From: an uncultured SAR86 cluster bacterium
GTDB taxonomy: Bacteria > Pseudomonadota > Gammaproteobacteria > Magnimaribacterales > D2472
Length of the DNA: 64,000 nucleotides
Assembly: GCA_902591925.1 (NCBI GenBank)
Contig: CACJCN010000005.1
Span: 19,212-83,211, forward strand
Reading direction: 5' to 3'
Position numbers and translations under genes: made by a program. This document shows positions 18,542 to 27,746 of the stretch, one piece after another. The first letter of the stretch is position 1; the number at the start of each line of letters is the position of its first letter. Below the pieces are notes generated by a model. That model was not told the DNA's origin and searched no databases. It saw only the letters and a list, made by a program, of their open reading frames with translations.

Positions 18542-19875
18542 ATTATGATAGCTGGATACATTAGAACTATACCAAGTATAAATAATTGAATTAATATAAA
18601 AGGTATAACACCCCTATAAATTTCACTGGTCTGAATTGTTTCATCAGCAACTCCTCTTAAGTAAAAAAGCGAAAATCCAAATGGTGGAGTTAAAAATGAT
18701 GTTTGCAAATTTACTGCAAATAAAATAGCAAGCCATACAGGATCAAAGCCCATCATCAAAAGGGGCGGCGCTATTAAAGGCACTATTACGTAACAGATCT
18801 CAATAAAATCTAAAATAAAACCAAGCAAAAATATAATAATTAAGACAAATATTAGTGCAGTTACTGATCCTCCAGGGAGAGAATTGAAAATTAGGTCAAT
18901 TAACTCATCACCTCCAACTCCCCTAAAAATTAGTGAAAAAATTGAAGCACCAATAAGAATTGTAAATATCATTGTTGAAACAATTGCAGTTTTTTCAGAA
19001 GTCTCCTTTAAGAAATGTAAATTAACTTTTTTATTTACTAATGCAATCAATAAAGCACCAAATGCTCCAATTGCAGCCGCCTCTGTAGGTGTTGCAATAC
19101 CTGAAAATATAGAACCTAGAACTAAAAAAATTAAAACTATTGGAAGCGCGAGCGTCTTAAATAATTCAACTTTATCCAGAGCAAATTCTGTTGAATAATC
19201 TTTTATATTTGAATTATTGCTATTTTTATATAGTGTATAAACAAGATACCCAATACACATCAGAATTCCAGGAACAATAGCTCCTACAAATAAATCTCCA
19301 ACAGTTACGGTTTGTTGAGAAAATATACCCATGTCATTTTGAGCTCTTTGATAAGCATTTGACATAACATCACCAAGTAAAACCAAGGCTATAGATGGTG
19401 GAATTATTTGTCCAAGAGTCCCAGTGGATGCAACCAACCCAGCTGAAAAGCTTTTATCGTATCCTTGATTTATTAAAATTGGGAGGGACATTAGACCCAT
19501 AGTTACTACAGTGGCACCTACAATACCTGTACTTGCTGCTAGTAAAGCGCCAACAATAATTATAGATATAGATAATCCGCCTTTTATACCTCTAAAAGCC
19601 TTTGCCATGTTTTCAAGCATCTTTGCAGCAATCCCAGATTTTTCAAGAATAGTTCCCATAAAAATAAATAGAGGAACTGCAAGCAACGTTACATTATTCA
19701 TAATTCCAAAAATTCTAATTGGAATACTTTTAAAAATAGTCGGATCAAAAATTCCTAAGGGAATGCAAATCAATGCAAATATTATTGATACACCTGCCAG
19801 AGTGAGCGCCACAGGAAAGCCTACCAGTAAAGCAGCACAGATTATTATCAGCAGCAGAAGAGGAACTATTTCCAT
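18538..19875 (-). CDS. TRAP transporter large permease (DctM family)
   Basis: 445 aa polytopic protein. Typical DctM N-terminus and length. Overlaps the upstream DctQ gene by 10 nt. Confidence 0.85.
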   Translation of the reverse strand: MEIVPLLLLIIICAALLVGFPVALTLAGVSIIFALICIPLGIFDPTIFKSIPIRIFGIMNNVTLLAVPLFIFMGTILEKSGIAAKMLENMAKAFRGIKGGLSISIIIVGALLAASTGIVGATVVTMGLMSLPILINQGYDKSFSAGLVASTGTLGQIIPPSIALVLLGDVMSNAYQRAQNDMGIFSQQTVTVGDLFVGAIVPGILMCIGYLVYTLYKNSNNSNIKDYSTEFALDKVELFKTLALPIVLIFLVLGSIFSGIATPTEAAAIGAFGALLIALVNKKVNLHFLKETSEKTAIVSTMIFTILIGASIFSLIFRGVGGDELIDLIFNSLPGGSVTALIFVLIIIFLLGFILDFIEICYVIVPLIAPPLLMMGFDPVWLAILFAVNLQTSFLTPPFGFSLFYLRGVADETIQTSEIYRGVIPFILIQLFILGIVLMYPAIII

Positions 19876-20336
19876 TTTTTATTAATTAGCTGGTATGCAA
19901 AGGTTAAAATCATAGTAAGCGGAAAAAGAATGATTAATGTTTTCTGGATGTAAACATAATCAAGACCACCAGCCTCTGTTGAAACCTCTCTAATTTTCCA
20001 AGACATCTCAATTAGCTCTAAAGAATAAAAACCAATAACAAAACAAACAGGTAGTAGGAAGAAAAGGCTTAAAATAAAATTAACATTATTTCTATATGCA
20101 TTAGATGAGCCTCTATAAAAAATATCCACTCTAACGTGCTCATCTTTGTAGTGAACATATCCAGCACAACCAAGAAATATGAATGCATGAAGATACATAA
20201 CCAATTCTTGAACTCCTGTGAGTCCAATACCAAAAAAATATCTTGCTACTATTATCACTACCATCAATATTGTCATTACTGGAATCATCAATGATATGAA
20301 TTTTCCTAAAGAATTTATGCCTTTTTCTAAATACAT
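19866..20336 (-). CDS. TRAP transporter small permease (DctQ family)
   Basis: 156 aa, 4 TM. HVRVDIFY motif. Immediately upstream of DctM. Confidence 0.8.
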   Translation of the reverse strand: MYLEKGINSLGKFISLMIPVMTILMVVIIVARYFFGIGLTGVQELVMYLHAFIFLGCAGYVHYKDEHVRVDIFYRGSSNAYRNNVNFILSLFFLLPVCFVIGFYSLELIEMSWKIREVSTEAGGLDYVYIQKTLIILFPLTMILTFAYQLINKKWK

Positions 20337-20372
20337 TATTGTATGTCTCTAACTATTGGTTAAAATACAGCC

Positions 20373-21143
20373 ATGATTATAGTACTTTCTCCAGCAAAAA
20401 CACTTGATTACGAATTTGAATCAAATCATGATCATTCTGTGCCTGCATTTTTGAGTCAATCCTCAAAACTTATTAGTAACTTAAGAACAAAAGAACCAAA
20501 AGATATTGCATCTTTAATGGGGTTAAGCGATAAACTTGCCACGCTGAACTTCGACAGATACCAATCATGGTCTCCAGCAAAAAAAATATCTTCTGATTCG
20601 AAGCCTTCAATGCTTGTTTTTAAAGGAGACGTTTATCAAGGACTGCAAGCTGAAGACTTAAATAATTCTCAAATGAAATTTGCTCAAAAACATATAAGGA
20701 TTCTATCTGGGTTATATGGAATATTGAGACCATTGGACCTAATGAAGCCCTATAGACTTGAGATGGGAACAAAATTAGAAACTTCAGAAGGAAAAAATCT
20801 CTACGAATTTTGGGGTGATAAAGTTCAAAAAAATGTTTTAAATGAATTGAAAGATCAAAGGTCAGATCTTTTAATTAATCTAGCATCAAAAGAGTACTTT
20901 ACAGTTTTAGGAAAATTACCTGAAGATATTAATGTTGTTACTCCAACATTTAAAGATTACAAGAACGGTAATTATAAAATTATAAGTTTCTATGCAAAGA
21001 AAGCTAGAGGCCTTATGGCTAGATGGATAATTCAAAATAAGGTAACTAATTTTGAAGACTTATCTGGGTTTGATGTGGATGGATATAAGTACTCAAAAGC
21101 TGAATCTTCATCAACTGTTCCAGTATTTCTCAGAAAATCTTAA
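20373..21143 (+). CDS. yaaA: Peroxide stress protein YaaA (UPF0246/DUF328)
   Basis: MIIVLSPAKTLD N-terminus, ILSGLYG.LRPLD..PYRLEM, and YAKKARG.MAR. Confidence 0.9.
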   Translation: MIIVLSPAKTLDYEFESNHDHSVPAFLSQSSKLISNLRTKEPKDIASLMGLSDKLATLNFDRYQSWSPAKKISSDSKPSMLVFKGDVYQGLQAEDLNNSQMKFAQKHIRILSGLYGILRPLDLMKPYRLEMGTKLETSEGKNLYEFWGDKVQKNVLNELKDQRSDLLINLASKEYFTVLGKLPEDINVVTPTFKDYKNGNYKIISFYAKKARGLMARWIIQNKVTNFEDLSGFDVDGYKYSKAESSSTVPVFLRKS

Positions 21144-22006
21144 GAGCTCGATTCATTAAACTTTTTAACATCGACCATATCATCGAATGATGCATCTCTT
21201 TTTTCCATATTAGCAGTTATAGCCTCAGTCATATCTTTCTGACTTAGCATTGCGCCGCTCCACAAAGCATTGTATTCAAGACCATCACTTACACTATGGT
21301 CTCTTGAGTAATTCATTACTGCTTTAAGTCCATATATTGCTACTGGAGATTTTGAAGCTATTTGTTTTGCTAACTTATTAGCACCCTCAAGCATTTCTTC
21401 TTGAGTTTCATACATGTCACTTATTAAGCCAGACTCTTTTGCCTCTTCTGCATACATTCTTCTTCCTGTATATGCCATCTCTCTCATTTTAGAGTCAGGA
21501 ATAATTTTAGGCAGTCTTTGAAGAGTTCCAACATCAGCTGCCATACCAATATTAATTTCTTGTATACAGAAAAAAGCTTCTTTTGATGCAAGCCTGATGT
21601 CACATGCTGTAACCATATCTACAGCACCTCCTATACAGCCACCTTGAATAGCAGCAATAACAGGAACTCTAATTTTTTCTAAATTACTAATATATCCTTG
21701 AAGTTCCTTTGCAACTCTGTACAAAGCTTCTCCAATTCTCGCACTATCAGGTTTTTTATCATCTGGAATGTCCTCAACTCCATTTGAAAATGCGCTTAAG
21801 TCCATTCCAGCACAAAAATGCTTACCAGTCGATGACATAACAACAACTCGTATATCAGAATTTCTGTTAATTTCTTCTAGTATTTCTCCGAGCTCAACCC
21901 AGAAATCTCTAGACATAGTGTTTAGTTCAGAAGGTCTAGATAAAACAAGATTCGCTATGTTATCTGATACATTGAGGTCGAAACATTTATATTTATTATT
22001 TTTCAT
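21140..22006 (-). CDS. Enoyl-CoA hydratase family protein (ECH1 / dienoyl-CoA isomerase-like)
   Basis: 288 aa. FCAGMDL, PVIAAIQGGCIGGAVD and RLPKI crotonase motifs. Confidence 0.8.
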   Translation of the reverse strand: MKNNKYKCFDLNVSDNIANLVLSRPSELNTMSRDFWVELGEILEEINRNSDIRVVVMSSTGKHFCAGMDLSAFSNGVEDIPDDKKPDSARIGEALYRVAKELQGYISNLEKIRVPVIAAIQGGCIGGAVDMVTACDIRLASKEAFFCIQEINIGMAADVGTLQRLPKIIPDSKMREMAYTGRRMYAEEAKESGLISDMYETQEEMLEGANKLAKQIASKSPVAIYGLKAVMNYSRDHSVSDGLEYNALWSGAMLSQKDMTEAITANMEKRDASFDDMVDVKKFNESSS

Positions 22007-22164
22007 GATTTATTTACCATTTCTATTGATTCATTAACAATCGATCTCATTTTTTCCACATGTTCGAATGTTTTGTGATGAGATAAAACAACTTTTCTCT
22101 CTTCGCTAAGAAGAACAAGCATTTTTTTTAATTTTTCTAAATTTTCTATTATTTTATTATCCAT
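22003..22164 (-). CDS. Small (53 aa) helical hypothetical protein, below the ORF-track cutoff
   Basis: ATG 22164 to TGA 22005-22003: MDNKIIENLEKLKKMLVLLSEERKVVLSHHKTFEHVEKMRSIVNESIEMVNKS. The stop overlaps the ATG of the enoyl-CoA hydratase gene (ATGA). Confidence 0.35.
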   Translation of the reverse strand: MDNKIIENLEKLKKMLVLLSEERKVVLSHHKTFEHVEKMRSIVNESIEMVNKS

Positions 22165-22192
22165 AAACAATTTTTAACTTAATTATAATCTA

Positions 22193-22206
22193 AGCATTAT
22201 AATGCT
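22193..22206. promoter_or_regulatory. 14-bp perfect palindrome AGCATTATAATGCT containing TATAAT, 9 nt upstream of the e(P4) phosphatase ATG
   Basis: Read directly. TATAAT lies at 22198-22203. Confidence 0.3.
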
Positions 22207-22214
22207 CTTAAACA

Positions 22215-23042
22215 ATGAAATCACTAAGGCATACATTATTCTTATTAATTACAATAACCTATGGATATTCCTATGCTTCTGAAGAAGATAAATCATTTCA
22301 AGAACAATCAATGTTATCAGTGCTTTACGTTCAAACATCTACAGAATTTGCTGCAAATAATATTCAAACATTTAATAATGCTTCAAAAGCACTTGATATG
22401 GCTCTTCAAGACAAGACATGGACTGCAGCATTAGAGCAAAAAAATAATTTCTCAAGCAAAAAACCTGCAATAATTGTGGATGTTGATGAAACGGTCTTAG
22501 ATAACTCATCCTTCCAATCCAGAACTATATTATCAGGCTTATCATACCCAAATGGGTGGGCTAAATGGGTCAATGAATCAAATGCATCTGCAGTTGAGGG
22601 CGCCTATGAATTTCTACATTATGCAAACGATAGTGATGTAAAAATTTTCTATGTTACAAATAGGCTCGAGTCTTTTAGAGAACCCACAATTAAAAATTTA
22701 AAAAGATTGGGATTACCTTTTGATGATAATAAAAATACTTTATTAATGAGAGTAGATGAAAATGTTAGAGATAAAACCGAAAGAAGAAAATACATTGCTG
22801 ATGATTATAGGATAGTTCTTTTAGTTGGAGACCAGCTTACAGATTTCATTTCAACTAAAGAAGCATACGTTTTTCATTCTGATAGAAAAAAATTAGCAAA
22901 AAAATATTCTGATATGTGGGGATCAAAATGGTTCATGATTACAAACCCAACATACGGAAGATGGGAACTATCTATATATGATAAAATGCCTAAATCTGAG
23001 GATGAAGCTATTCAAAAAAGAAAAGAAACTCTGAATCCATAA
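22215..23042 (+). CDS. Class C acid phosphatase / 5'-nucleotidase, e(P4) family (HAD superfamily), secreted
   Basis: Signal peptide. IIVDVDETVLDNS DDDD motif, YVTNR, and VGDQL.DF. Confidence 0.85.
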   Translation: MKSLRHTLFLLITITYGYSYASEEDKSFQEQSMLSVLYVQTSTEFAANNIQTFNNASKALDMALQDKTWTAALEQKNNFSSKKPAIIVDVDETVLDNSSFQSRTILSGLSYPNGWAKWVNESNASAVEGAYEFLHYANDSDVKIFYVTNRLESFREPTIKNLKRLGLPFDDNKNTLLMRVDENVRDKTERRKYIADDYRIVLLVGDQLTDFISTKEAYVFHSDRKKLAKKYSDMWGSKWFMITNPTYGRWELSIYDKMPKSEDEAIQKRKETLNP

Positions 23043-23049
23043 TCTATTT

Positions 23050-24177
23050 ATGAAATATATTTTTGTTTTATTAATATTATCAGTTACGTCATGTAATTTT
23101 TCAGAAAAAACTGAGTCGATTACAATCGGTTCAAAAGAAACAGAATTTATTAAAATAAAAGATTTTCCTGATAATTTAAAAGCTAAGAATATAATTCTTG
23201 CTATTGGAGATGGGGTTGGACCAAACCAAATTACTTTGTCCCGAATTGCAATTGGTGGCCTAGATCATAGACTTTTTATTGATCAAATCCCATATGTCGG
23301 TACCTCTTTAACCCATTCTTATAACAATGCATATACAGATTCGGCAGCAGCAGCAACAGCATGGTCAACTGGGTATAAAACAAAAAATAGATATTTGTCA
23401 TTAGATCCAGACAAAAAAATATTAGACACCATTGTAGAAATGCTTCATAAAAAAGGTTACACCTCGGGCTTAGTCGCAACATCTTCAGTAACTCATGCGA
23501 CACCTGCAGCTTTATATGCTCACATTGATAGCAGATATGAATATAAAAATATAGCCAATCAGCTTATTAATTCTTCAATTGATATTGCTTTAGGAGGAGG
23601 TAAAGAATTTTTTGATTTAAATAAAATTAATGACACACACTACGTGCTCACTGAAAAAGAGTCTCTGCAATTAAATTTTGATCATTCTAAAAAGCTTATT
23701 GGTCTTTTTGATGATAACGGTATTGAGCGATCAAATGAAAAACCAACTCAAAGACAAATGACAAATTTTGTATTAAATCATTTTAACAAGCAGTGTAGTG
23801 GATTCTTTTTAATGACTGAAGGTAGTCAAATAGACTGGGCTGGACACGATAACGATGCAAATGAAATGATAGAGGAGTTTAAAGATTTTGATTTAACCAT
23901 TAAAGATTTGATTAACTTTGTAAATGAAGATAACGAGACACTGTTAATAGTGACGTCTGATCATGAAACTGGAGGATTACAAATTCTTAAGCAAGACGAT
24001 GACAAAGTTGTTGTTCAATGGGGGACTGGAAGACACACCTCGACTCCTGTGGGTGTTCATGCTTATGGTCCTGGAGCAGAACTATTCCAAGGATTGATGG
24101 ATAATACAGACATTCATTATAAAATCCTTGAAGCAATTGATTACAAAAATCTTGATAATCAAAGTTGTAATATTTGA
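23050..24177 (+). CDS. phoA: Alkaline phosphatase (PhoA family), lipoprotein
   Basis: Lipobox VTSC. GDGVG and the DSAAAATAWSTGYKT active-site serine block. DWAGHDND and TSDHETGG metal-site motifs. 375 aa, a short form. Confidence 0.85.
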   Translation: MKYIFVLLILSVTSCNFSEKTESITIGSKETEFIKIKDFPDNLKAKNIILAIGDGVGPNQITLSRIAIGGLDHRLFIDQIPYVGTSLTHSYNNAYTDSAAAATAWSTGYKTKNRYLSLDPDKKILDTIVEMLHKKGYTSGLVATSSVTHATPAALYAHIDSRYEYKNIANQLINSSIDIALGGGKEFFDLNKINDTHYVLTEKESLQLNFDHSKKLIGLFDDNGIERSNEKPTQRQMTNFVLNHFNKQCSGFFLMTEGSQIDWAGHDNDANEMIEEFKDFDLTIKDLINFVNEDNETLLIVTSDHETGGLQILKQDDDKVVVQWGTGRHTSTPVGVHAYGPGAELFQGLMDNTDIHYKILEAIDYKNLDNQSCNI

Positions 24178-24995
24178 ATAAAATGGTAGGTAAAACTTTT
24201 TTTGATAATCATTTAGATGATTTAAAAGAATGCGTTAATTTTGCCTCAGATGAAATTATGCAGATTTATAATTCTGATAACTTTGATCAAGAAAAAAAAT
24301 TAGACGGCTCTCCTTTAACAAAAGCAGATAAAAGATCTAATGAAATAATACTGAATTCACTAGAAAAAATTTCAAAGGATATTTCAATTATCTCAGAGGA
24401 AACTTTTAGCGAGGATTTAATAAAAAGTCTAGATCAAACATATTGGTTAGTTGATCCACTTGATGGGACTAAAGAGTTTATTAATAAAACTGGGGAATTT
24501 ACCGTAAATATTGCAATGATTAACAATAAAAAAGTTATATTTGGTATTGTTGGCGCACCTGTAACTGGAAAAATCTGGCATGGTTCTATTTTTGAAGATG
24601 TACACTCACAAAATGATGCTTCTGATAAGTTAAGAATTGTAATGAGTAAAAGTCATAAAAGTGACAAAGATAAAGCTTTTCTTAATTACATAGAGTCAAA
24701 AAGTATAGATTATGAGATTATCGAGAAGGGTAGTTCATTGAAACTATGTAGTTTGGCAGATAATGAAGCAGATATTTATCCCAGATTTGGTCCCACTTCT
24801 GAATGGGATATAGCTGCTGCTCACGCAGTGCTTAATCAAAAAGGTGGAAGTGTTATAAAAATTGATGATTATGACGAATTAGCTTATGCAAAGGAGGATT
24901 CAATACTAAACCCATACTTTATAGCCTTTAGAAATGATTCAATAAAAAGTGATTTTTTACCTGTTTTAGGAGATTTTTTTAAAAAATTGGTATAA
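24174..24995 (+). CDS. cysQ: 3'(2'),5'-bisphosphate nucleotidase (inositol monophosphatase superfamily)
   Basis: SPLTKAD, WLVDPLDGTKEF and SEWD.AA motifs. TTG 24174 overlaps the preceding TGA. An alternative ATG lies at 24183. Confidence 0.8.
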   Translation: MNKMVGKTFFDNHLDDLKECVNFASDEIMQIYNSDNFDQEKKLDGSPLTKADKRSNEIILNSLEKISKDISIISEETFSEDLIKSLDQTYWLVDPLDGTKEFINKTGEFTVNIAMINNKKVIFGIVGAPVTGKIWHGSIFEDVHSQNDASDKLRIVMSKSHKSDKDKAFLNYIESKSIDYEIIEKGSSLKLCSLADNEADIYPRFGPTSEWDIAAAHAVLNQKGGSVIKIDDYDELAYAKEDSILNPYFIAFRNDSIKSDFLPVLGDFFKKLV

Positions 24996-25049
24996 TTTCC
25001 TATTATTCATAATTAATTGATATAATTAGTTATATACTTTATTTATATT

Positions 25050-25910
25050 ATGGGCACACAGTTACAACCCTCACAACTAAATAGTCCAGGTAAAGATATT
25101 GAATCGTATCTTTCATCTGTTCATTCAATACCTATTCTTACTAAGGAAGAGGAGCAAGAACTTGCTTTGAAATTATATGAGGAAGATGATTTAGATGCTG
25201 CAAGACAGCTCGTGATTCATCACTTAAGATTTGTGGTTCACATTGCAAGATCATATCAAGGTTATGGATTGCCATTGGGAGATATTATTCAAGAGGGTAA
25301 TGTTGGCTTAATGAAAGCTGTAGATAAATATGATCCTCATAGGGGCGTAAAACTAGTCTCTTTTGCAGTTCACTGGATTAAGGCTGAGATTCATGAATAT
25401 ATTCTTAAAAACTGGAGATTAGTAAAAATTGCTACAACTAAAGCGCAAAGGAAACTATTCTTCAATCTTAGAAGTAAAAAGAAATCATTAGACTGGTTGT
25501 CTAAAGAAGAAGCTGAGAAGATAGCATCTGACTTAAATGTTGAGGTCAAAGATGTACTTCACATGGAAAATAGATTATCTTCAAATGATTCATCATTTGA
25601 TTCACCAGTTCCCTCTGGTGATGATGAAGAAATTATGTCTCCTTCTCAATATTTAGAAGATAAAAGATATGATCCTGAAATTTTAGTTGCATCAGAGCAA
25701 GTAGAACAATCTAACAAAGAAGAGCTCCTTGCTGCACTAAAAACTCTTGATAATAGAAGTAAAGATATTCTTAATAGAAGATACCTATCAGATGAAAAGG
25801 CTACTCTTCATGATTTAGCTGATGAATATAAAGTTTCTGCTGAAAGAATTAGACAAATTGAAAACAGCGCACTTAAAAAATTAAAAGCATTTATGGTAGA
25901 TTTTGCATAA
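25050..25910 (+). CDS. rpoH: RNA polymerase sigma-32 factor
   Basis: RpoH box (ATTKAQRKLFFNLR), plus region 2 (DIIQEGNVGLMKAV.KYD) and region 4 (VSAERIRQIE) motifs. Confidence 0.95.
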   Translation: MGTQLQPSQLNSPGKDIESYLSSVHSIPILTKEEEQELALKLYEEDDLDAARQLVIHHLRFVVHIARSYQGYGLPLGDIIQEGNVGLMKAVDKYDPHRGVKLVSFAVHWIKAEIHEYILKNWRLVKIATTKAQRKLFFNLRSKKKSLDWLSKEEAEKIASDLNVEVKDVLHMENRLSSNDSSFDSPVPSGDDEEIMSPSQYLEDKRYDPEILVASEQVEQSNKEELLAALKTLDNRSKDILNRRYLSDEKATLHDLADEYKVSAERIRQIENSALKKLKAFMVDFA

Positions 25911-25925
25911 ATCTAGCATTTAGCA

Positions 25926-26570
25926 ATGCAATTAAAGTTTCTTCCTTCGTTTGTAAAAAGAAAAGGCCGAATAACTAGAAAGCAGACCCACAGCTTAAGG
26001 TCTTTATCAGAATTTTCTGTAAAAAATATTCAGGAAATAGAAGATCTTAGCAAACATTTTGATAAATGTTATTTAGAAATTGGTTTTGGTAATGCTGAAA
26101 ATATTATTTTTCAAGCAACAAATAATCCTAGCTATCTATTTATAGGTTCAGAAGTCTACATGTCAGGTATAGGGACTTTGGTCTCGGGTATAAAAGAAAA
26201 CAATATTAATAACGTAAAAATTTTTTCAGACGATATTAGACTGCTTTTAGATCAAAGCCCAAAAAAAATATTTGATTCAGTGATTATTATTTGTCCTGAT
26301 CCTTGGCCAAAAGAAAAACATCACAAAAGAAGACTAATAAATGAATTCTTTTTAAAAATGATTCACGATTTTATGAAGGATGATTCAAATGTATACATAT
26401 CTACAGATTGGGAAAACTATGCAGAAGGTATTTCTGAATTATTTAAAGAAAATAAATTATTTAAGCCATCTTTAAACAAATCTTTTTACAAAGATTCCCT
26501 TTCTAAGTTTGAAAGAAGAGGGAAAGATGAGGGCAGAGATTTGTTTGAATTTAATTATGAAAAAGTTTAA
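25926..26570 (+). CDS. trmB: tRNA (guanine46-N7)-methyltransferase
   Basis: LEIGFG, CPDPWPK..HHKRRL and FE.RG motifs. Confidence 0.85.
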   Translation: MQLKFLPSFVKRKGRITRKQTHSLRSLSEFSVKNIQEIEDLSKHFDKCYLEIGFGNAENIIFQATNNPSYLFIGSEVYMSGIGTLVSGIKENNINNVKIFSDDIRLLLDQSPKKIFDSVIIICPDPWPKEKHHKRRLINEFFLKMIHDFMKDDSNVYISTDWENYAEGISELFKENKLFKPSLNKSFYKDSLSKFERRGKDEGRDLFEFNYEKV

Positions 26571-27166
26571 TAACGATTGTTGAACAATTTTATAAATTTT
26601 TCTGAAGCAATGGCTCTGTGACTAACTTTATTTTTAATTTGTTGGTCTAAAGAAGCCATTGAGCAGTCATAGCCATCAGGATAAAAGATTTTGTCATATC
26701 CAAATCCTCCTTCCCCTGAACTATTTATCGATATTTTCCCATAAATTTTACCTTGAGTTACTATTGGCATCGGATCATTAGGACTCTTTAGTCCAACAAG
26801 AACACAAACATAAAAAGCTTCAAGACACTCTTGTTTTTTATCAATCAATTTATCAATAATCTTATCTCTGTTATTTTTATCACTAGCACCCTCACCAGCA
26901 TACCTTGCAGAATAGATGCCTGGTTCATAGTTTAATTCAGGGACTACAATTCCAGAATCATCTGCAATCGTATAAATTTTAGATTCCTTGGCGCCATGTT
27001 TTGCTTTAATCATTGCATTTTCTAAAAAAGAGTCTCCATCTTCTATAGCATCACTTATGTTAAGGTCGGATAAAGAAAAAACTTTATGATTTTTGAATAG
27101 TTTTTTAAATTCTTCTAATTTACCTTTATTTGATGAGGCAATAAGAATGTCATCATTACCTTTCAA
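26567..27166 (-). CDS. rdgB: dITP/XTP pyrophosphatase (Ham1/RdgB)
   Basis: ASSNKGKL.EF, DDSG and GFGYD.IF...SHR motifs. Confidence 0.9.
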   Translation of the reverse strand: MKGNDDILIASSNKGKLEEFKKLFKNHKVFSLSDLNISDAIEDGDSFLENAMIKAKHGAKESKIYTIADDSGIVVPELNYEPGIYSARYAGEGASDKNNRDKIIDKLIDKKQECLEAFYVCVLVGLKSPNDPMPIVTQGKIYGKISINSSGEGGFGYDKIFYPDGYDCSMASLDQQIKNKVSHRAIASEKFIKLFNNRY

Positions 27167-27746
27167 GTAAATAGACTCCTTCTACAGCAAATAAATTTGG
27201 ATTGATTTTAGATAAACCGCCTTGATCACCGTTTCTATTTATGAAAACTTTATCTTTAATTCTAATATTTTCTTTTAAACAAAGATTTTCAAAATCTTTG
27301 ATAGTACACAAGTGAATGTTTTCTGTTTCATACCAGCTAGACGGCAGCTCTGGTGTAATTGGCATTTTCCCTGACGCAAGGTTTATTCTACATCTCCAAT
27401 AGCCAAGATTAGGAAGAGTTACAACACATCTTTTTGATAACTCCAACATTCTGTTAAGAGCAAGGTCAGGATTTTTAAGACATTGAATTGATTTGGCCAT
27501 AATCGATAAATCAAAATTTGATGACATAAAGTCATTTAGGCCCTTGTCTATATCAAGTTTTATTACAGGTATGCCTTTCTCAATGCATTTCTCTATCTTT
27601 ATGTCATTTATCTCTACGCCGTATCCAAGCACTTGCTTATTTTCAAATAATTCTTTTAATAAAGATCCATCACCACAACCAAAATCAATCACTTTTGAAT
27701 TTTCCGGAACCCAGCTGTTTATAATTTTTGAAAGTTTTATAGCCAT
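27156..27746 (-). CDS. metW: Methionine biosynthesis protein MetW
   Basis: 196 aa. VIDFGCGDG SAM-fold motif, typical MetW length, and position just after metX. Confidence 0.85.
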   Translation of the reverse strand: MAIKLSKIINSWVPENSKVIDFGCGDGSLLKELFENKQVLGYGVEINDIKIEKCIEKGIPVIKLDIDKGLNDFMSSNFDLSIMAKSIQCLKNPDLALNRMLELSKRCVVTLPNLGYWRCRINLASGKMPITPELPSSWYETENIHLCTIKDFENLCLKENIRIKDKVFINRNGDQGGLSKINPNLFAVEGVYLLER

